A stretch of 32,000 nt of DNA from the NCBI RefSeq assembly GCF_000145295.1, contig NC_014408.1:1602696-1634695 (forward strand). The letters are read 5' to 3'. The DNA comes from Methanothermobacter marburgensis str. Marburg (GTDB lineage: Archaea; Methanobacteriota; Methanobacteria; Methanobacteriales; Methanothermobacteraceae). The position numbers were made by a program, and so were the translations under genes. Below are positions 28,860 to 32,000 of the stretch, in pieces; the first letter of the stretch is position 1, and each line of letters opens with the position of its first letter. Below the pieces are notes generated by a model that saw nothing but the letters and a program-made list of their open reading frames with translations, did no database searches and had not been told where the DNA came from.

Positions 28860-29849
28860 TTAAAAAGTTTTTGGTGTCCCTGAAACCGCCACTGCAACCG
28901 CAACTCCTGATGACGTTGTTTTTCTTATAACAAGTCTTGATCCGGTTCCTGCACTTTTAAGAGCCGCGGCTTCGCATACACTTCCAACACCAAATTTTTC
29001 GTTGACAAAATCTGAAAATGAGTGTGTATCCTGTGCTTTGAGCTCCTGCAGAGGTATGATTTCCAGGGGGACCCCCAGATCCTCTGCTGCATCAATTATT
29101 CCCCTTTCATTTTTCTTCATGTAACCTGTTGCCAGTGCATCGATCCTCTCGGGGGGTAGCTTCAAGAGTCCAAGTGCTTCCACAATTGCACCGGTTACCC
29201 GGCTGGACTCAACTCCCCTCCTTGTCCCTATACCCACTGAAACCTTGAGGGGAGCCAGTCTCATGACCTCAGAGTTACACTGGGCCCTTACAATCTCATC
29301 TCCATCCATCATGTACCTGTAGGTTCTGGACAGTTCACCATCAATGAGGGGCCCCAGGTTCCTTGATGAGTGCAGTTCCACAGTGTGCCCCTCCACAATT
29401 GAGGAATTGAAGTGCTTCACGAGGTGCCTGTCAAGTATCACGTAGAAGTATCTTGCTGCAAAGCTGTCAATTCCCACAAGACCATTAACATCAGTTGCTG
29501 TTGTTATAACGGGGTTTGCGTTGAGTATGTCTGCAATTTTGACTGCAAAATCGTTTGCACCTCCTGCATGTCCCGAAAGGAGACTTATGACATTCCTTCC
29601 CATTTCGTCGATGACAATAACTCCTGGATCAGAGAATTTGTTTTCAAGAAGCGGGGCGATCTTTCTCACCATTATACCTGCTGCCATTATACCAATTATC
29701 ATGTCGCTTCTGGAAAACACCTCCCTGAAATCTATATCCCTGTGCAGGGTTTCAACTGAGAGAATGGTGGGATCGTCCTTAAGACCTGTCTTCAGGCTCT
29801 CACCAAGTTTCCTGCCATTTTCTGTGAGTGTCAGTATACTCACTCTCAT
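28860..29849 (-). CDS. cbiG: Cobalamin biosynthesis protein CbiG (cobalt-precorrin-5A hydrolase)
   Basis: 329 aa. C-terminal CbiG block VGIGTRRGVESSRVTGAIVEALGLL...IDALATGYMKKNERGIIDAAEDLGVPLEIIPLQEL. ATGA start/stop overlap with cbiB. Confidence 0.82.
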   Translation of the reverse strand: MRVSILTLTENGRKLGESLKTGLKDDPTILSVETLHRDIDFREVFSRSDMIIGIMAAGIMVRKIAPLLENKFSDPGVIVIDEMGRNVISLLSGHAGGANDFAVKIADILNANPVITTATDVNGLVGIDSFAARYFYVILDRHLVKHFNSSIVEGHTVELHSSRNLGPLIDGELSRTYRYMMDGDEIVRAQCNSEVMRLAPLKVSVGIGTRRGVESSRVTGAIVEALGLLKLPPERIDALATGYMKKNERGIIDAAEDLGVPLEIIPLQELKAQDTHSFSDFVNEKFGVGSVCEAAALKSAGTGSRLVIRKTTSSGVAVAVAVSGTPKTF

Positions 29850-30739
29850 GGTATCACCAGCATTATTCCTGTTGCAGACACGATGAACAGGACAAGAGAT
29901 ATTGAACTCAGTTTCAGTGCATCTTTAAGCTTTTCAGTTGAAAGGAACTCTCTGGGATCCCCAAGAACATATACTCCTGGTTTTTCCAGCTGAACGGATA
30001 GTGCTCCAGCCGCTGCAGCCATTGTGAATCCTGAGTTTGGACTGGGGGTGCGTCTGGCGTCCCTGAGGAGTACTCTCAGCGAATTTTTCCAGTTCATGGA
30101 CAGGAAAAACGCTGCAAGAACAATCATAAAACCTGTCACTCTGGATGGTATGTAGTTCAGTATGTCATCAAGTCTGGCAGGGAACCATCCCAGATCCCTG
30201 TTTTCGTCATCAAGGTATCCCACCATTGCATCAAGTGTATTAACGACCCTGTAAAGGAATGCTCCAGGAAGTCCAAGTAGGATGAAGTAAAAAAGAGGCG
30301 CTGTAACAGAGTCTGTAAGGTTTTCTGTGAGTGTTTCAATGGTTGCTGAGAGTATCTGCTCATCTGTGAGTGTGGTGGTATCTCTGCTTACAAGATAGGA
30401 AAGTTTCTCCCTTGCCTCATCAATGCTGTCATCCAGTGATCTTCCAACATCCAGGGCAGATGTAAAGAGCATCCTTATGGATATTACCGTTGACAGGAGC
30501 ACTGCAGCTATCAGAGTGTATAGGGGTTCATTCAAGTACCCTATGAGTAGGGTTGGTGCTGTGAATACCGAGACAACCACTAGAGTCATTATTATTCCTG
30601 ATAGACGCGTTTTACTGAGTATTCCTTTCATCCATGCAACGATTGACCCCATGTGTACAACAGGGTGAAGTATGGTTGGGGGTTCTCCGATTATAATATC
30701 AATTGAAACTGCAAGTAACAGGACAGGGATTTCATTCAT
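29846..30739 (-). CDS. cbiB: Adenosylcobinamide-phosphate synthase CbiB/CobD
   Basis: Polytopic membrane protein with IIGEPPTILHPVVHMGSIV, MVGY and PSPNSG..MAAAAGAL motifs typical of CbiB. Confidence 0.88.
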   Translation of the reverse strand: MNEIPVLLLAVSIDIIIGEPPTILHPVVHMGSIVAWMKGILSKTRLSGIIMTLVVVSVFTAPTLLIGYLNEPLYTLIAAVLLSTVISIRMLFTSALDVGRSLDDSIDEAREKLSYLVSRDTTTLTDEQILSATIETLTENLTDSVTAPLFYFILLGLPGAFLYRVVNTLDAMVGYLDDENRDLGWFPARLDDILNYIPSRVTGFMIVLAAFFLSMNWKNSLRVLLRDARRTPSPNSGFTMAAAAGALSVQLEKPGVYVLGDPREFLSTEKLKDALKLSSISLVLFIVSATGIMLVIP

Positions 30740-30837
30740 GTTTTCCCTTTTTGTTGCGATTCATTATATACCAGTGACATGTAATAATTTCACCATGTTA
30801 TATATTCATGGATGGATATAATTAGTTGTGTGATACC

Positions 30838-31305
30838 ATGCCAGAGAAGAAGATAAAAAAATGGCTTGAGGAGGAGGGTTTTCTGAGGATGGAGGTCCCT
30901 GACGAAAACGCCTTGTTCCATTATGTGATAAACTATCCAGAGGATCATGTCATTGATATCATTCAGCCCGCTGGAAAGAACGACATGATTCTTATAGCCT
31001 GTGCAACCAGTGTTAGTCCCGAGCACCAGTCAGGGATACGTGCGCTCAGCATGGAGAAAAGGACTGAATTCATATGGAAGGTTCGTTTTACCCTGAACAG
31101 TTTTGGAGTTGATTTCCAGCTCGATCATCCAGAGAACGTTCTGAACAGTTATCTTGTAACCTCTGAAATATTTTCCGATGGCCTCTCAAAGGACAGATTG
31201 ATTTCAAGTATAAAAAATGTTTTCAGGGCTAAACTTCATGTCATGTGGATGATACAGGAACGTTTCGGCGATGATAAACCTGAACACGACAGCATGTATG
31301 TGTGA
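30838..31305 (+). CDS. Conserved archaeal hypothetical protein (DUF2299-like by recollection)
   Basis: 155-159 aa soluble protein. ATG at 30838 or TTG at 30826; no clear SD. Family assignment is from memory only. Confidence 0.45.
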   Translation: MPEKKIKKWLEEEGFLRMEVPDENALFHYVINYPEDHVIDIIQPAGKNDMILIACATSVSPEHQSGIRALSMEKRTEFIWKVRFTLNSFGVDFQLDHPENVLNSYLVTSEIFSDGLSKDRLISSIKNVFRAKLHVMWMIQERFGDDKPEHDSMYV

Positions 31306-31325
31306 GGTTCATTTCCAGTGAAAAC
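31302..31325 (-). repeat. ORB-like repeat L0 (degenerate)
   Basis: gtgaggttcATTTCCAGTGAAAAC. The G-rich flank overlaps the stop codon of the upstream gene. Lies 51 bp before L1. Confidence 0.5.
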
Positions 31326-31350
31326 ATCTATGAAGTGCTTCTGAGCATCT

Positions 31351-31376
31351 GGGAGAGATGGATTTCAACTGTAAAT
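31351..31376 (-). repeat. ORB repeat L1
   Basis: gggagagatggATTTCAACTGTAAAT (G-string plus core). Confidence 0.8.
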
Positions 31377-31402
31377 TGTTTTTTGTGTCATGAATCTGGT
31401 TT

Positions 31403-31428
31403 GAGGGACGTCTATTTCAAGTGTAAAT
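31403..31428 (-). repeat. ORB repeat L2
   Basis: gagggacgtctATTTCAAGTGTAAAT; core starts 52 bp after L1. Confidence 0.8.
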
Positions 31429-31452
31429 CTGTTCCAGTACATTATGGGGCAT

Positions 31453-31480
31453 GGGTGAGAGGTGCATTTCAACTGTAATT
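31453..31480 (-). repeat. ORB repeat L3
   Basis: gggtgagaggtgcATTTCAACTGTAATT; core starts 52 bp after L2. Confidence 0.75.
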
Positions 31481-31504
31481 TGTGTACAATACTGAGGGAG
31501 AGGT

Positions 31505-31531
31505 GAGGGAGAGGTATATTTCAAGTGAAAT
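31505..31531 (-). repeat. ORB repeat L4
   Basis: gagggagaggtatATTTCAAGTGAAAT; core starts 52 bp after L3; one base shorter. Confidence 0.7.
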
Positions 31532-31562
31532 CTTTATTACAATATTAAACTTTGAAATTAAA

Positions 31563-31588
31563 ATGCGACATTGATTTCAACTGTAAAT
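31563..31588 (-). repeat. ORB repeat L5 (no G-string)
   Basis: atgcgacattgATTTCAACTGTAAAT; core starts 56 bp after L4. Confidence 0.75.
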
Positions 31589-31641
31589 GTATTAGATGTT
31601 TCCTGGTCAGATTCGCTTGGGAGATCCTATCTTCACATTTA

Positions 31642-31665
31642 ATTACATTCGAAATGCATGTCCCC
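31642..31665 (+). repeat. ORB repeat R1 (degenerate core)
   Basis: ATTACATTCGAAATgcatgtcccc. Confidence 0.65.
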
Positions 31666-31689
31666 AACATAACAGCAGCCAAATCCTGG

Positions 31690-31715
31690 ATTTACACTTG
31701 AAATGCATGTCTCCC
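31690..31715 (+). repeat. ORB repeat R2
   Basis: ATTTACACTTGAAATgcatgtctccc. Confidence 0.85.
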
Positions 31716-31741
31716 TTACAATATCCAACATTTCAGGAATC

Positions 31742-31766
31742 ATTACACTTGAAATGCATGTCTCCC
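31742..31766 (+). repeat. ORB repeat R3
   Basis: ATTACACTTGAAATgcatgtctccc; 51 bp after R2. Confidence 0.85.
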
Positions 31767-31792
31767 ATTCACGACTGAGTGGACAAATAAGT

Positions 31793-31818
31793 GTTACACT
31801 TGAAACGCATGTCCCTCC
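31793..31818 (+). repeat. ORB repeat R4
   Basis: GTTACACTTGAAACgcatgtccctcc; 51 bp after R3. Confidence 0.8.
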
Positions 31819-31845
31819 TTCACATCCAGCAGACTGCCGGGGAAA

Positions 31846-31871
31846 ATTTACACTTGAAATGCATGTCTCAC
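31846..31871 (+). repeat. ORB repeat R5
   Basis: ATTTACACTTGAAATgcatgtctcac; 54 bp after R4. Confidence 0.85.
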
Positions 31872-31934
31872 TGTCATTATTATGAAACGGATTGATATTA
31901 ATAAAAACTTTTATCTAAGAGTTAGAATAAGAAA

Positions 31935-31958
31935 ATTTACACTTGAAACTTATCACCC
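31935..31958 (+). repeat. ORB repeat R6
   Basis: ATTTACACTTGAAACttatcaccc; 89 bp after R5, across an AT-rich gap. Confidence 0.75.
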
Positions 31959-32000
31959 TGTTTATAGGGTGATCTAAAGGGGCACTGCCAGTATTAAAAG

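Larger units (their letters stand above)
31302..32000. other. Chromosomal replication origin (oriC) region with 12 ORB-type Orc1/Cdc6 binding repeats; continues to the window edge
   Basis: Non-coding. Six repeats read on the minus strand and six on the plus strand, with core consensus ATTTACA(C/G)TTGAAAT. This matches the 13-bp Methanothermobacter origin repeat TTACA(C/G)TTGAAAT as I recall it. AT-rich stretches lie between repeats. PolD, RPA and RadA genes are nearby. Confidence 0.8.

Noticed and set aside
31596-31885. Two 60-aa ORFs from the track (31596-31778, 31703-31885)
   Set aside because: Their translations simply spell the ORB repeat over and over (..LEMHVS.. / ..HLKCMSP..). They have no SD and lie wholly inside the repeat arrays. 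They are artefacts of repeat periodicity.
31302-32000. CRISPR array (regularly spaced ~25-bp repeats with ~25-bp unique spacers)
   Set aside because: The repeats fall into two blocks of opposite orientation and are imperfect, with variable flanks. The period is only ~52 bp and there is no leader or cas context. The core matches the archaeal ORB / Methanothermobacter origin repeat. Interpreted as oriC.

Overview
The window looks like a core chromosomal segment of a Methanothermobacter-like methanogen (Methanobacteriales). That call rests on gene content (hdrA, a CbiX/CfbA-type small chelatase, cobamide genes, archaeal RPA/RadA/PolD), GGTGAT-type Shine-Dalgarno sites, and an origin repeat I recognise. 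The gene order also matches my unverified recollection of the M. thermautotrophicus MTH1380-MTH1411 region. Coding is dense on both strands. Left to right: glyA (partial), hdrA, an AEC-family transporter, radA, a six-OB-fold RPA, a leuC-leuD-leuB-like aconitase/dehydrogenase trio, a class V aminotransferase (cysteine desulfurase-like), ribH, a TiaS-like protein, a membrane GT2 glycosyltransferase, a duplicated purE, a UbiD-family decarboxylase, and a minus-strand operon of DUF35, cfbA/cbiX, thiL and a radical SAM enzyme. These are followed by a small operon of Cys-rich, pilin-like, sequon-rich hypothetical proteins, an MgtE-like transporter with a PhoU/TrkA-C partner, cbiH, the PolD small subunit, a class II aldolase, UPF0147, cbiG, cbiB and a DUF2299-like gene. 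The last ~700 bp are non-coding and hold 12 phased ORB-type repeats in two mirror-image arrays. I interpret this as the chromosomal replication origin, not a CRISPR array. I found no mobile elements, CRISPR-cas, tRNA/rRNA genes or recognisable defence systems. The best candidates for undescribed biology are the 20821-22511 surface-protein operon with its in-frame TGA, the extracellular C-terminal domain of the GT2 enzyme, the TiaS-like protein, and a 26-codon hydrophobic micro-ORF. All functional calls come from reading the translations by eye; no searches were run.
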